64,000 nt of DNA from Leucoraja ocellata (GCA_036785375.1 JAWMAR010000187.1:4464001-4528000), one strand, 5' to 3'; positions 1-12,328 are shown, counted from the first letter of the stretch. Numbers and translations: made by a program. Notes: generated by a model not told the origin, from the sequence alone.

Positions 1-952
1 AAAAGGGAAGGCAGTGGGAAGGGGAGAAAAATATGTTTACGAGGGGAGAAAAAAAATTAAATGTGGGAGGAGGAATTCTTTCATAGTGAAAAGGGATGAA
101 GCAGCTGTATACAAGCTTTTTACTGCAAAGGCACTTAGTGCTATCAATTGCCTATCAATGCAGAGACAGTCATGGTTGGCCTGAAATTTTGCTCATGGTA
201 TGTTTGCTGCAAAGCTATCCTGAGGGAATAGCGTACAGGGTTCTTGCTTCATACAGTAGCACTAAACTGCAGCTGAAACCAAGCAGGAATTTGATGCCAA
301 CTGCTGCGCTACTTGCCTGCACATTTCTTCATAACTTGTCCCTTCAGTCTTGCCATGTAAACACATGCATTTCAAGATGACAAGGTCTTGCAGCATTTCT
401 GTCTGTTCTTCAGCTGAACTCCAGTCATCAAGTTTCACACATGTTCTGCTTTCATTACATTCTATTCCCTAAACCCATCGATCTTCCCTTGAAACGTGGC
501 TAATGAGCTCACCTGGGAAACTTGGGCAAGAACAATTGGCTCCCTTATGTACCCGAGCCATTGTTGGAAAATCCAAGTGCTGCTTCATTTTTAAAGTGCA
601 TACCACCTAAAATAACAATCCTTTTAAAAACATATCAATACTGGCAGGATTAAACATTAATGATGGAGGTAAATGCATTAGCGCCAGTGTGAACTTTGTC
701 CAGATCCTATGTATTGTGAAATGCTAGTTTTGATTATTACTGTTCATTTGCCAACAAAGACACTGCAGATGCTGAAAACCTGAGCAAATCTGGAGGAACA
801 CAACGGACAGACAGCAGCATCTGGTGAGAGAATGTGCAGGTGAGGTTTCGGATTGAGACCTCTCTTCAGACTGATAGGAGCGGGAGGGAGGAGTGAAAGG
901 TGGAAAAGAGAGGAGGGGGCGGGACAAAGTCTGGTAAGTGATAGGTGGATAC

Positions 953-1142
953 AGGTAGACAAAAGTGCTGGAGAAACTCAGCGGGTGCAGCAGCATCTAT
1001 GGAGCGAAGGAAATAGGCAACGTTTCGTGCCGAAACGTTGCCTATTTCCTTCGCTCCATAGATGCTGCTGCACCCGCTGAGTTTCTCCAGCACTTTTGTC
1101 TACCTTCGATTTTCCAGCATCTGCAGTTCCTTCTTAAACACA
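953..1142. mobile_element. PLE-derived short element, fold-back palindrome (75-bp arms) plus 3' tail
   Basis: 953-1027 is the exact reverse complement of 1031-1105; TSD GGTGGATACAGGT at 944-956 and 1145-1157; sequence matches the 3' end of the PLE at 24139-24249. Confidence 0.9.
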
Positions 1143-1313
1143 TGGGTGGATACAGGTGAGGTGGGGTTTGATTGGCAGGTGGGTGGAGTAAGTGACGAAG
1201 GCTGGAGGTGAACACAAAAGGGTGTTGGATAAGGGGAGGAGAGGTGGAGTGAAATGTGGAGCCCGAGGGAGGAATGTGGGTAGAATGGCACGGGAGGGAA
1301 AGGGAAATGGTTG

Positions 1314-1875
1314 ATTGCATGCAGTTTTGGTCTCCAAATCTGAGGAAGGACATTATTGCCATAGAGGGAGTGCAGAGAAGGTTCACCAGACTGATTCCTG
1401 GGATGTCAGGACTGTCTTATGAAGAAAGACTGGATAGACTTGGTTTATACTCTCTAGAATTTAGGAGATTGAGAGGGGATCTTCTAGAAACTTACAACAG
1501 CATTCTTAAGGGGTTGGACAGGCTAGATGCAGGAAGATTGTTCCCGATGTTGGGGAAGTCCAGGACAAGGGGTCACAGCTTAAGGGTAAGGGGGAAATCC
1601 TTTAAAACCGAGAAGAGGAGAGCTTTTTTCACACAGAGAGTGGTGAATCTCTGGAACTCTCTGCCACAGAGGGTAGTTGAGGCCAGTTCATTGGCTATAT
1701 TTAAGAGGGAGTTAGATGTGGCCCTTGTGGCCAAGGGGATCAGAGGGTATGGAGAGAAGGCAGGTACGGGATACTGAGTTGGATGATCAGCCATGATCAT
1801 ATTGAATGGCGGTGCAGGCTCGAAGGGCCGAATGGCCTACTCCTGCACCTAATTTCTATGTTTCTATGTTTCTAT
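1314..1875 (+). mobile_element. CR1 LINE, 5'-truncated 3' fragment (RT C-terminus and 3' UTR)
   Basis: ORF 1256-1777: EGVQRRFTRLIPG..LSYEERL..RRLRGDL..FFTQRVVNLWNSLP; (TTTCTATG)n tail. Confidence 0.95.
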
Positions 1876-2072
1876 TTGGGGATGGGAGATGAGTGTACAA
1901 ATTGGGGAATGGAGCAGCGTGACTGGGGGCTGTAAGAGGTAGTGGGGAATAGGGTGCATCAGGATGGGGCTGGGAGTACTGCAAAGAAAGAGGGGATATT
2001 ACTTGACGTTGGAGAATTCAATGTTCATAGCATTGGGTTATAAGCTACCCAAACATAATCTTTTTTTTTTAA

Positions 2073-2218
2073 TGTTCAAGAAGGAACTGCAGATGCTGGA
2101 AAATCGAAGGTACACAAAAAAAGTCTGAAGAAGGGTTTTGGCCTGAAACGTTGCCTATGTCTTTCGCTCCATAGATGCTGCTGCACCCGCTGAGTTTCTC
2201 CAGCATTTTTGTGTACCT
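2073..2218. mobile_element. PLE-derived short element: inverted tail followed by hammerhead-bearing body
   Basis: Reverse-oriented tail AAGAAGGAACTGCAGATGCTGG then forward CTGAAGAAGGG..GAAACGTT body. Confidence 0.85.
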
Positions 2219-2219
2219 T

Positions 2220-2655
2220 TTTTTTAAATAATTTTTTTTTATTAGAGGCAGGTACATATCATATTAAAAACATTTCATGTATATTATTCCTACATTACTA
2301 ATATTATTGATTGATATTAACTCTGCGTCTGGTATTTCTTTTCATATAGATAGAAAATAAGAAAGATAAATTAAAAAAAAGGAAAAAGCATGATAAAGAA
2401 GAATGGAATAATTTACTAAAAATACAACTTTGGAGATAGGTTTGTAAATTATAAAGTATAACTTTTCATCTAACCCTTATTTTGAGTTTCAGTCAGGTTC
2501 ACGTGCCGAGCCAGTCTGCCCCTTCAAGTAGTCAATGAATGGAGACCATATTCTGATAAAAAGTTCTTGTTTGTCCATTAAGACAAGTCTGATTCTTTGC
2601 AAATGTAAGGTCTCCGACATTTCCCACAATCCACATTTTAATTGTGGGCCAAACA
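2220..2655 (-). mobile_element. L1/Tx1-clade LINE 3' end
   Basis: Minus-strand peptide LHLQRIRL..FIRIWSPFIDYL resembles the fish L1 ORF2 C-terminus; AT-rich UTR; poly(T) on + strand at 2219-2242. Confidence 0.65.
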
Positions 2656-3229
2656 GAACGTGAAGTGCTTTCCTCCAGATTGCCTGTGGTCTCACTCTGG
2701 CAATGGAGGAGGCCATGAGCAGAAGGATCTGCTTGGGAATAGAACATAATAGTCTGCTTTTGGGTGTCGCAGCTCCATTGCCAGTAATCAACGACTGCAT
2801 GACTAAATACACCTGATTAGGATGAGTAAGGCCTATTTTGCTGGCTCAAAGTATTGCAGACACCAAGAACAAGGGACCTGAAAGCTGGCCATGTTTCGAC
2901 TGATGTGAAGGTCAGGTCCCTGGAGCATCCCTGGAAGCTTCAGCGCCTGCGCCTGTCACTGTTTGCGCAGCTAACGCAGCTGGCAGGCGTTAGCTGCGCA
3001 AACAAAGTGATCGGGGTTTTACATGTTCTAAGTGCATCCGACAATATAGAACCATTTAAAAAACTATGTGGAAATCAAAGAAATAAAAAAAAACTTAAAT
3101 ATTAAAAAAACTAAACAAAATAAAATCAAACATCGAGATTTAAAGCACAAAATTAGTTAAAATATTAAACAAAACAAAATATTTTAAACAAAATCACAGT
3201 CCAGAAATCAAGCCAAGGCCCACTGTTTT

Positions 3230-3350
3230 GTCTGAAGAAAGGTCCCGACCCAAATCGACCCAAATTCTCCAAGGGTGCTGCCTGACCCGCTGAGTTTCTC
3301 CAGCACTTTGCGTCCCTTTTTATGTAAACCAGTGTCAGCTGTTCCTTCTT
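3230..3350 (+). mobile_element. Degenerate PLE-derived short element
   Basis: GTCTGAAGAAAGGTCCCGACCC..CCCGCTGAGTTTCTCCAGCAC..GTTCCTTC. Confidence 0.7.
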
Positions 3351-3412
3351 TCCCCACTATTTTGTTTCTGCTTTAGCTGCCTTCCTCATCCCTCCCCGTC
3401 TACTGAGAAATA

Positions 3413-3606
3413 AGTTCATAAGTGATGGGAGCAGAATTAGGCCATTTGGCCACCAAGTCTACACTGCCATTCATTCACGGCTGATCTATCATTCCTATCA
3501 GACTCATTGTCCTGCCTTCCCCCTATAACCCCTGAAGCCCTTACTAATCAAGAATCTCTCTGTCAGCCTTCACCTTCAGCCTCCACAGCCTTCTGCGGCA
3601 ATGAAA
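3413..3606 (-). mobile_element. CR1 3' end fragment
   Basis: Reverse complement of the CR1 3' UTR seen at 1740-1860. Confidence 0.75.
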
Positions 3607-4713
3607 ATAATGAGGTCTCTACTTTGCTGCTGTCACTGGGGTGATGGCTAACTGTATATGTAATAAGTGCACATATTACTGCATCCTCCCATTCCATGGA
3701 ATGAAGGAATGGAAGTTGACTTGAAGACACTTGTTTTTATTCACTTCAACTGCTGGTACAATTGACTACAACATACACAAATGTGACAACACCATAACAG
3801 CACCAACACTCTTAAATAGGTACCTTCACATTGTGACTGTTGCCATGGTAAGTTTAGGCGGTTACTACAACAGCAGTACGTAACAATTCACTTGAAAACC
3901 AATGGAGATGGCCGTGGACCCTGGCAGGAATATACTGGGCCATAAGCTGCTGAAATAAAGCTCCTTGTGCTTGCTGGAGGACAAATATTTCTTTGTGTAG
4001 CATCTTAGTGGAAGTGCAAGCTGATGTATGTGAATGCTGTTGGGGAATTCACTGAATGTGGATGTGGGGAGAGGAACAACCATTCAATTCTTAGGCCACG
4101 AGATTTAAAAACTTGAGGTATTTATTGAAACTAGCGAACGAGAGCCAATTCAGAGAAGAGGAAATATGGATCGGATTGAGAGAGAAAACAGAGACCAAGG
4201 AAAACTTAGAAATAAATTCAATTAACCGTTTCCAATGGTCATTAACGATTTAAGTTCTGGACAACACAAATTGACTAACAATTATCATGGAACAATTTTA
4301 ATTATCTGCTGCAAATTTATTGGACAATTATGGCACAGTTCCAGCAGGTTCTTTAAAATAAAATAGATATAGAAATGGAATTGCCTTTCGGGAGATGCAA
4401 ATGGTGAGGTGAATTAAATTGACCAGCAGATTCCCAATTCATGATGTAACTCTTAATCCCTTGAATTTGCTGGGCAGTTTATCTATAAATAATGGCATGT
4501 TTAAAACTCAATGTTATTCTTTAAACTCAGAGCTGACCCCGTAAGTGGATATAATGCTCTCCATCTGCCCCAGAATGATTCCAGGCACTTTAATCTGCAT
4601 AATGCCTGAGATTGACATTTACATCACGTTCATTATTTTGCATGTTTCTAAATATACCACCTTGGGTCAACTCATCACTATAATGGCCACAGATAACTTT
4701 GTGATTCATGCTG

Positions 4714-5046
4714 GGACGGTACGGTGCCGTAGCGGTAGAGTTGCTGCCTTACAGCGCTTGTAGCGCCAGGGACGGGGGGGGGAGTTCGATCTCAGCCACG
4801 GGTTTACATTCTGTACGGAATTTGTACGTTTTCCCCGTGACCGTGTGGGTTTTCTACCAGATCTTCGGATTCCTCCCACACCACAAAGACATACAAGTTT
4901 GTAGGTTAATTGGTTTGGATTTGTATTCTTGGTATAAGTGTAAATTGTCCCTAGTATGTGTAGGATAGTGTTAAAATGTTAGGATCGCTGGTGGGCCGAA
5001 AGGCCTATTTCCGCGCTGTTTCTCCAAACTGAAGTAAACTAAACTT
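4714..5046 (+). mobile_element. tRNA-derived V-SINE (HE1-like)
   Basis: Head with A/B-box-like motifs (AGCGGTAGAG..GTTCGATC), core CCCCGTGACCGTGTGGGTTTTC, CR1-like 3' end, (TAAAC)n tail. Confidence 0.85.
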
Positions 5047-5907
5047 ACTCTATTCTCAGCATTTGGATTTAATTAAGATTTCATATTTAGTCGGATTAAT
5101 GTGGGCAGTACTTTTTCACACCACAAATGGAGCATCCTACTGAGTATATATCCAGTGGTTTAATAATCTGTACACTTGACATGCGTGTAAATCTGATTCC
5201 ATGAACTAAAAATAAGCTCTAAAATCTTTGTATTAAAAACAGTATTGTGAATATATTTTCCTTTGTATGACTTCAGGTGCAGAGACTGTAATCAGTTTTA
5301 ACTTCTCAGTCCTCCAACCAGTCCAATGGCCTGAAACATGTGATGGAAGCAAGAGTCAAGAGTATTTTATTGTCATATGTCCCAAACAGAAAAATGAAAT
5401 CATTTCTTGCAGCAGCATAACAGAATATGTCAACCCTGTAAACCTTATAGTGTATATCAGTATTTCCACACTTGTAATGGCTGAAGTTTAAGGTGTCGTG
5501 ATTCTATCATGTTCAGGATTGTTAATTTCTCTGCGGCAGGTGGGTCTAGTTGTTGAATCAGATTCGAGGTGTTTTTTGCTCGTGTTTAAGACACTAATCT
5601 ATAGAGTCATGGAGTAAATAGTTCTGGGTCTGGCTTCCATAAGAGAATCTGGGAGAAAACACGTTGACGAGATATTTTGAAGTTGCATATGAGTGGGAAG
5701 ATTCAGTTTGCTGCTCACACAAGTTGCTTCTCCATGTTTGGCACATCCTCTCTCATGGAAGGAGGGACAATGTTTGAAAGAATCGGCACCGACAGAAATA
5801 CAATTGATTTCAAAGATCCAGAGCCCACCCGCATTGCCCCACAGTCGGTGACATTAAAGTCCTTGCATCTTGCAGTTGTGTAGGCAGATTGATTACATGG
5901 AGGGTGA

Positions 5908-6273
5908 TGCCCCTGTCCCACTTAGGAAACCTGAACGGAAACTTCTGGAGACTTTGCGCCCCACCCAAGGTTTCCGTGCGGTTCCCGGAGGTTTTTGTCA
6001 GTCTCCCTACCTGCTTCCACTACCTGCAACCTCCGGCAACCACCTGCAACCTCCGGGAACCGCACGGAAACCTTGGGTGGGGCGCAAAGTCTCCAGAGGT
6101 TGAGCACACAAATATTTATCTGGTCTATTCCTTGCAGGTGGTTGCTGGAGGTTGCAGGTAGTGGAAGCAGGTAGGGAGACTGACAAAAACCTCCGGGAAC
6201 CGCACGGAAACCTTGGGTGGGACGCAAAGTCTCCAGAGGTTTCCGTTCAGGTTTCCTAGGTGGGACAGGGGCA
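5908..6273. mobile_element. Harbinger/PIF-type MITE, internally duplicated and inverted copy
   Basis: TIR TGCCCCTGTCCCAC..GTGGGACAGGGGCA; flanks TGA/TAA; same family at 35386 and 37793. Confidence 0.85.
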
Positions 6274-7278
6274 TAAGCACACAGTCTTCTGCAAGTGATC
6301 AGCCATTTCCAATAGATCATAGGATATTGAGGCTTTATTATCTCACAATGATTTTGCTGTTGCGGTCAAGGCAATAATGGATGAGTACATTGGGACGTGC
6401 AAAAATGGAATTGGAGGGAAAAATTATCCTTACTTATTTTGATCGCTATGGCAATGCAGACCCAGAGCACTATGGCTAATTGCCCTTTCAAATGGGCTGG
6501 AAATCCACTTGTACAAAACTGCTTCAAGACTTGCAGACTGTGACACGGCATTCCACTGTTTGTCTCATTCAAAATGCAACTCAGCCTCCTGTTATTTTTA
6601 AGACCTTGCACTATTATTAGCTAATAAATTTAACACAGAAAATCGGAAATAGTAATTAAGAATGTAAGTACTTTCTTAATTACAAAATGATTACTGATTA
6701 ATCCCTCTCACTGAGATAGGGAGTAGTTAAATGTTCAAAATAAAGTAAATTGATGGCTTCAACTTTGGACAAGATTCCAAATTCCAATGGCCTCTGTGTA
6801 GTGTAGGGAGTGGATGAGAGAGTGGGATAACATGGAACTAGTGTGAACGGGTGATCTAAGGTCAGCGTAGACTCGGTGGGCAGAAAGGCCTGTGTTCAAG
6901 CTGCATCTTTAAACTTAAACAAGTTACATCTTTGAAACAATCACACCCACTCCAGCCATCCCTGCAAAGTCTTCCTCACTGACGTCTGGAGACGTGCCAC
7001 AATTGATAATGCCGGCTGCCAGTTCAAGCAAGCAACGACCAGGCTTGGTACCATTCCTCAGGCATGGCAAGAAGACAATGCCCTAGATTCATCATTCACC
7101 ATGTCCATGGAAGTGAATGCCCAAGTGGTCTATAGTGAGGAAAGGATCAATGTTGAACCTGGGTTCTCTGAAATGTTTTTGGCAAAGAAACCTGTGATTG
7201 ATTACCCCGCTGCTGCCATCCTGCTGAATCAGTGCTCAGACATTGAACATCATTTGGAAGAAATGTAGTTGCAGACAG

Positions 7279-7760
7279 ATAGAGTCTTGGAGTCAAACAA
7301 CGCTGAAACAAGCCCTTCAGAACAAACCTGCCCACATCGACCAACATGTCCCATCTGCATTCATCCCACCTGCCTGCATTTGGTCCATTTCCCTCTAAAC
7401 CTATCCTATCCATGTACCTGTCTAAATGCTTCTTAAAAGCTACGATAGTACCTCCTCCGGCAACTAATTCCTTCCACCCACCACCCTTGGTGTAAAAAAG
7501 TTACCCCTCGGGTTCCTATTAAATCTTCCCCCCCTCCCTTTAAACCTCTGTCCTCTGCTTCTTCATTCCCCTACTCCGAGCAAGAAAATCTGTGTGCTTA
7601 TCCAATCCTATTCCTCTCATGATTTTGTACACCTCTATAAGATCACCCCACATCCTCCTGGGTTCCAAGGAATAGAGTCCTAGCCAGCTCAACCTCCCCA
7701 TGTAGCTTGGGCCCTCGAGTCCCGGCTACATCCTCTTAAACCTTCTCAGCACCCTTTGCA
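7279..7760 (-). mobile_element. CR1 3' fragment (second family)
   Basis: Reverse complement encodes decayed RRMWGDLIEVYKIMRG..NLRGNFFTPRVV; ends in GACTCTAT-type tail. Confidence 0.8.
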
Positions 7761-8049
7761 GATAGATTGAAGAGGAACAGGTCAAGTGGATGTCTTGCTT
7801 GATTCTGTTCCTTAACCACCTTTAAGGGCATTGAACATAGTCTGCGTGGGGGGGGGGGGAACGTTCAAGTTTAAAATGAGGATTCTCCTATTAACATCAC
7901 TATCGACAGAGCCTCTACGTCAGACCCTTATCCATTGGCATCATGACTATCAGAGGTGGCCTGAAGAACATATCTGCCTAATTGGGCTTGCAGAACACAA
8001 TGAGAAAACAAACGTGAGGGTAAATCCACATTGCCTCATTCTAACGGAA

Positions 8050-8205
8050 ATGTATCACTTGTCCTTCATTGGGCCTACATCTTGGAACTCCCTAACTAAC
8101 AGCATCACTATTTCACCAGAATGATCGCAGTAGTTGAAGAAGACAATCACTTTCTCAAGGGCAATCAAGGATGGGCAGTAAATGCTGGCCTTACCAACAA
8201 CCAAA
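8050..8205 (+). mobile_element. Ancient L2-like LINE 3' end
   Basis: TCTTGGAACTCCCT..TTCTCAAGGGCAATCAAGGATGGGCAGTAAATGCTGGCC; inverted homologue at about 30500-30770. Confidence 0.55.
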
Positions 8206-9139
8206 ATGGAACCAAAAATGTTCCAAAGCCATCCTCTCTTTCTTGGTTCCACAAGTCTATTTTTTATTAATCTCAATCTCCTTTCATTTGCTTTTCCAGT
8301 TGATCATCAGCATAAATTCCTTTTTTTTTTTTGCATTGCATGCCTATGCCTTCACTGAGAACTTTGAATAACTAACAAAAAAAAAAATCATTTGAAAAGG
8401 TACTGTCTGAATAGTACTTCTCACCTTCCCCTCTTTATAGGTAGAGGGAAATGCTGGAGAAACTCAGCGGGTGAGGCAGCATCTATGGAGAGAAGGAAAT
8501 AGGCGACGTCCTCTCATTGTTATCATTTTGATCCCTCTGTGAAAAGTTGCTACCTTTTACTTGCCACTAAACGAAATGCAACTGCAAAACCGGGAGATGA
8601 GAATGTCGATCCAAGTGATGTTGCAGCTTAATCTCTCCATGTAGGCTGGGAGCTAACAACTGTAATTGAAAAGATGGTTTGACGTTGATTAGCTGAAAAT
8701 GTGTGGGGAGGGGTGCCTCACCAAGTGATTTGGAGCTTTGCGCAGCAGGTGAGCAGATGTGTGAATCCTGAGGAGAAGAAATAAGCTTTTGTTGCCGTAA
8801 TGAGGGTAGGAGCACAGAAAAATAAGACAACGGCTCTGAACTGTGTGTAATTAGAAAATAACATAATGGGCCCTGGATTGACTCGGTAAAAGAATCTAAA
8901 TTGACGAGAGCTTTGAAGTACACCGAGTGCTGGTCAGTTATTTTAATAAGCTGCTGTTCAAGTATTTCCGTGTTAGCAGCTCCTTCAGAGAACTATGTTT
9001 TTAACAAGTGCAACGAATCAACGTATCAAGGTAACTACAGTTTAATTTATTGTCATAATTTATTATCGCCAATTTGGAGTATTGTGGAGCTGTACGGGAT
9101 CCTTTCAACAACAACAACAAGATCACCCTGGAGAAAGTA

Positions 9140-9613
9140 CAATGTTGAGCAGCCCGCTTTGTATGTAATGACTACAAGCGCAAGTCAAGCGCGAACAATA
9201 TGCTGACTTCTCTTGGATGAGATACCCTAGTGCTCCGCAGAATCAGGCTAAGACATTGTAATTTACAAGGAGATTCACAAAATCACGCCATCGATTCTCC
9301 CGTCATCCCAGACCACCGACTGCCATGAAACAAGACAAAGTAACGGTCCCTACATCATCAACTCGCTAAATGTCAACAAGCTTTGCTACCAATATTCCCT
9401 TTACCCAAGGAGGATAAGGGAATGGAATATGTTACCACCCAACACACATGCTACTCCTGATGTTAAGTCATTTAAAAAGGGGATTGAGCAGCTGATCTCC
9501 TCAACTTGGCCAAAAAGGCCCACTTCCAAATGTAATCGCTACTCTACTCACTCCGACCTGCGCGAGATAACCACTGATGAGGTGTTTGCGCAGAAATCAA
9601 CCAGAACCAGAAC
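9140..9613 (+). mobile_element. Decayed CR1/L2-group LINE 3' end with (AGAACC)n tail
   Basis: Peptide remnants AARFVCNDY and QYSLYPRRIREWNMLP; terminal hairpin CTGCGC..GCGCAG; tail AACCAGAACCAGAAC. Confidence 0.65.
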
Positions 9614-10000
9614 TAGTACAGTGAAAAGCTTTTGTTGTGTGCTATCCATTCAGCAGAAAGACATTACCCGATTAAGCAAAAATACAACACATGATTATGC
9701 AGAAAGACAATGCATGATTGGCAAGGGTACTAAAGCAAGGGTAGTTTCATACATTAGATTCAGTGACATTAAGCAATTTCGAAAGTGGGTGCACTGGGTA
9801 CATCTTGCAAAGCAGTGCGGGGCAGAGGGTGATCAGTTACAAGGATGGAACTGAAGACAAGGCATTGCCTGGGAAGCATGTTGTGTGGTTTGCAAAATTG
9901 ACTGGACAGAAGTGAAAATTCCTCTGACAAGTGGAAGTCAGATGGGACCCCAGATATAGTGGAATCTATTTGTATGCATATATATTTGTGTGTGCCTATA

Positions 10001-10934
10001 TCTATCTCTCTATATTCTAAAAGTCTCATCTTGTATGTGTGTGTGTGTGTGTGTGTGTGCACGTGTATGTATGTTTTGTATCTTCCTTAAAATGCTACGT
10101 GCTAGCACTTACATTTTTACATAATCTAACTAACCACACTGTACTCAGGTTCACTTAAGATTTCATCCTATATTTCATAAGTTATTCATGATTAAAGTTT
10201 TGCACAAAAAGCCCCAAACCACTTCTCAAAGAGAGCCCTTTTCCACTGGTGATGTCACAATGCCGTTTTACAGACATCCAATCACAATGGATCTCATTTA
10301 CAAATGACATCACAATGGGTTGTTGCCAACGGTAACTGCAGCTTCTCACAGAGAGCCTTTTTCCAGGAGCTTCCAGTGATGATGTCACAATACCACTCAC
10401 AGTGCACCAATCACAATTGGCTCTCAAGCTGCCTAGTGCCACTATCACAATGGGACGTTGCCAACGGTAACCGCACCTTTTCACAGAGAGCCTTTTTTGC
10501 AGTGATGATGCTATATTTCATGTTATTGATGATTAAAGCTTTAAAAATGCCAACTTTTAACAAGATTTTTACTGTTAAAATCCTTCCTGCGAGCTTCCAA
10601 CACACTTCGATACAGTTGCAAGACAGGAACACTGAACCTTTCATCTCAATGGGATATCATAGCAAATGCTTCAACAGGAGTGGGAGGAGGAATTGGTATT
10701 GCTATTGGAATTGCCGCCACAGACAGAGGAGGTGCAATTGGATTTTTTTTAAGTCCAGTGCTGAGGGAGGAAGGGGAGTGCTGGCATCTTACATTCGGGA
10801 ACGGCTTCAGTTGGGGGACCACGCCTCCCATGGGGGCTATGTGTTAGTGGTACAATATTGCGTTGGGGAACGGGTTACATTGGGGGACCAGGCCTCCCAT
10901 GTGACAGGGACCCAACGGGTCCCACTTGGTCTAG
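10001..10934 (+). mobile_element. Non-autonomous Helitron-type element
   Basis: 5' A|TC start (TCTATATTCTAAAAGTCTCATCTTG); subterminal hairpin GGGACCC-AAC-GGGTCCC at 10907-10923; CTAG|T end at 10931-10934; no TIR. Confidence 0.75.
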
Positions 10935-11860
10935 TATGCCTATAAAAGCCTGATCTGTATGTATGTATGTATTATGTATGTATGTATGTTTTGTATCTTC
11001 CCCAAAACGTTAGTATATTTTTACATTTTCTCTCACATTTTTACCGTCCATGTTGTACTCAGGTTCACTTATGTTTTCATCCTATTTTTCACAATTTATT
11101 CACAATAAAAAAAATTAAAAAAGCCAAAAAACACTCCTCACAGAAAGCCTTTTTCCAGCAGCTTCCAGTGATGATGTCACAATGCCACTCACAGTGCACA
11201 AATCACAATAGGCTCTCAAGCTGCCAAGTGCCACAATTACATCACAATGGGACGTTGCCAACGGTAACCGCAGCTTCTCATAGAGAGCCTTTTTCCACGA
11301 GCTTCCAGTGATGATGTCACAATGCCACTCACAGTGCACCAATCACAATGGGCTCTAAATCTGCCGATTGCCACACCCCCCACCCCGCTGGGTTATTCAT
11401 AATTAAAGTTTCACATAAAGCCAAAACCACCTTTTAAAACACCAGCTTCACAATGACCCCCCCCCCTCCCCACCCCCCAAATGGTAGTGAAACAGAATAT
11501 TCCACCACCTTCCAGTGACATCAAGGGAAGGGCCTCATTTCAAAAACAGCTTCATCAGCTCCCTAACGGTCACTTCTGCACTGCTTGAGGTCGACTCAAC
11601 ATCGACTTCTGCAACGCTTGATTCTTGACTGCTTCATTTTCGCCATCTTTAAAGATAAGATTTATTTTAAAACACCTAGGTTTAAAAAAAAGATGAACTT
11701 TGCTTTTATTCACTTTTTCGGCCGCGCTCGCTGGACTCGGCCCAGGTTGCTTTGGGGGAACGGGTTACGTTGGGGGAATGGGTAATGGAGGCGATTGGCT
11801 CCGGGGGGCGCCAGTCTCCGGGGTGAGCGCTGATGCCCTCCCATGTGACGCCGCGCCCCC
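10935..11860 (+). mobile_element. Second, tandem and 3'-truncated Helitron-type copy
   Basis: Repeats the same 5' block, TATG microsatellite, CTTCCAGTGATGATGTCACAAT internal units and GGGGAACGGGTTAC subterminal motif. Confidence 0.65.
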
Positions 11861-12328
11861 AACCCCCCCCCCCCCCCCCATTTAGGAATTCAGATGGTTT
11901 GGATGGAAATGTAGGAGGTATGATAAGTTTACTGATGATAAGTAATTGTTATTGTAGAATAAATACACATATATGTATTTGTATGTGTATATATACACAC
12001 ACTGATTTTTTTTTCTCTCTCATTTATTATATTGTACACAGTGCACTATGTTTACATATTCTGCTGTGCTGCTGCAAGTAAGAATTCCATTGTTCTATCT
12101 GAGACGTACGGCAATAGAACACTCGCTTGACTTTCTCTCTCTCTCTTTCTCTCTTGATCTATGTGTTTCTCAGTCTGGCTTGTCGCTTGAGCCTGTGCCA
12201 ACATCAAATCATTTTAAAGCACCTTTAATGGCTCAAAAATCACTCATGCCCATCCCCACCTAGGCCAGAGCTGCAAGATCCTGATTGTTGCGCTCCGCAC
12301 TGACACTGGGATGTTACACCAAAAATAG

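Larger units (their letters stand above)
752..2058 (-). mobile_element. Old Penelope-like element, 3' part (end of endonuclease region, purine-rich UTR, pLTR), interrupted by two younger insertions
   Basis: 2015-2058 is the reverse complement of a decayed LGSL..GMNIEFS terminus like that of the ORF ending at 24003; 752-875 is a degenerate copy of the CTGAAGA..GAAA / CTGCAG tail. Confidence 0.65.

Noticed and set aside
866-1159. Repeated ORFs MLEKLSGCSSIYGAKEIGNVS.. on both strands (also 20681-21025, 34539-35046)
   Set aside because: They are translations of the palindromic non-coding PLE end, not a protein family
3820-3855. GCCATG|GTAAGT start codon next to a splice donor (other donor-like sites near 4541 and 29957)
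   Set aside because: Isolated motifs expected by chance in 64 kb; no linked exon chain found
4714-4800. tRNA gene-like sequence
   Set aside because: It is the head of a multicopy SINE with no complete cloverleaf
9559-9602. CTGATGAG..GAAA hammerhead look-alike
   Set aside because: Stem II would close with a G/A mismatch and there is no room for stem I; better explained as the LINE 3' recognition hairpin
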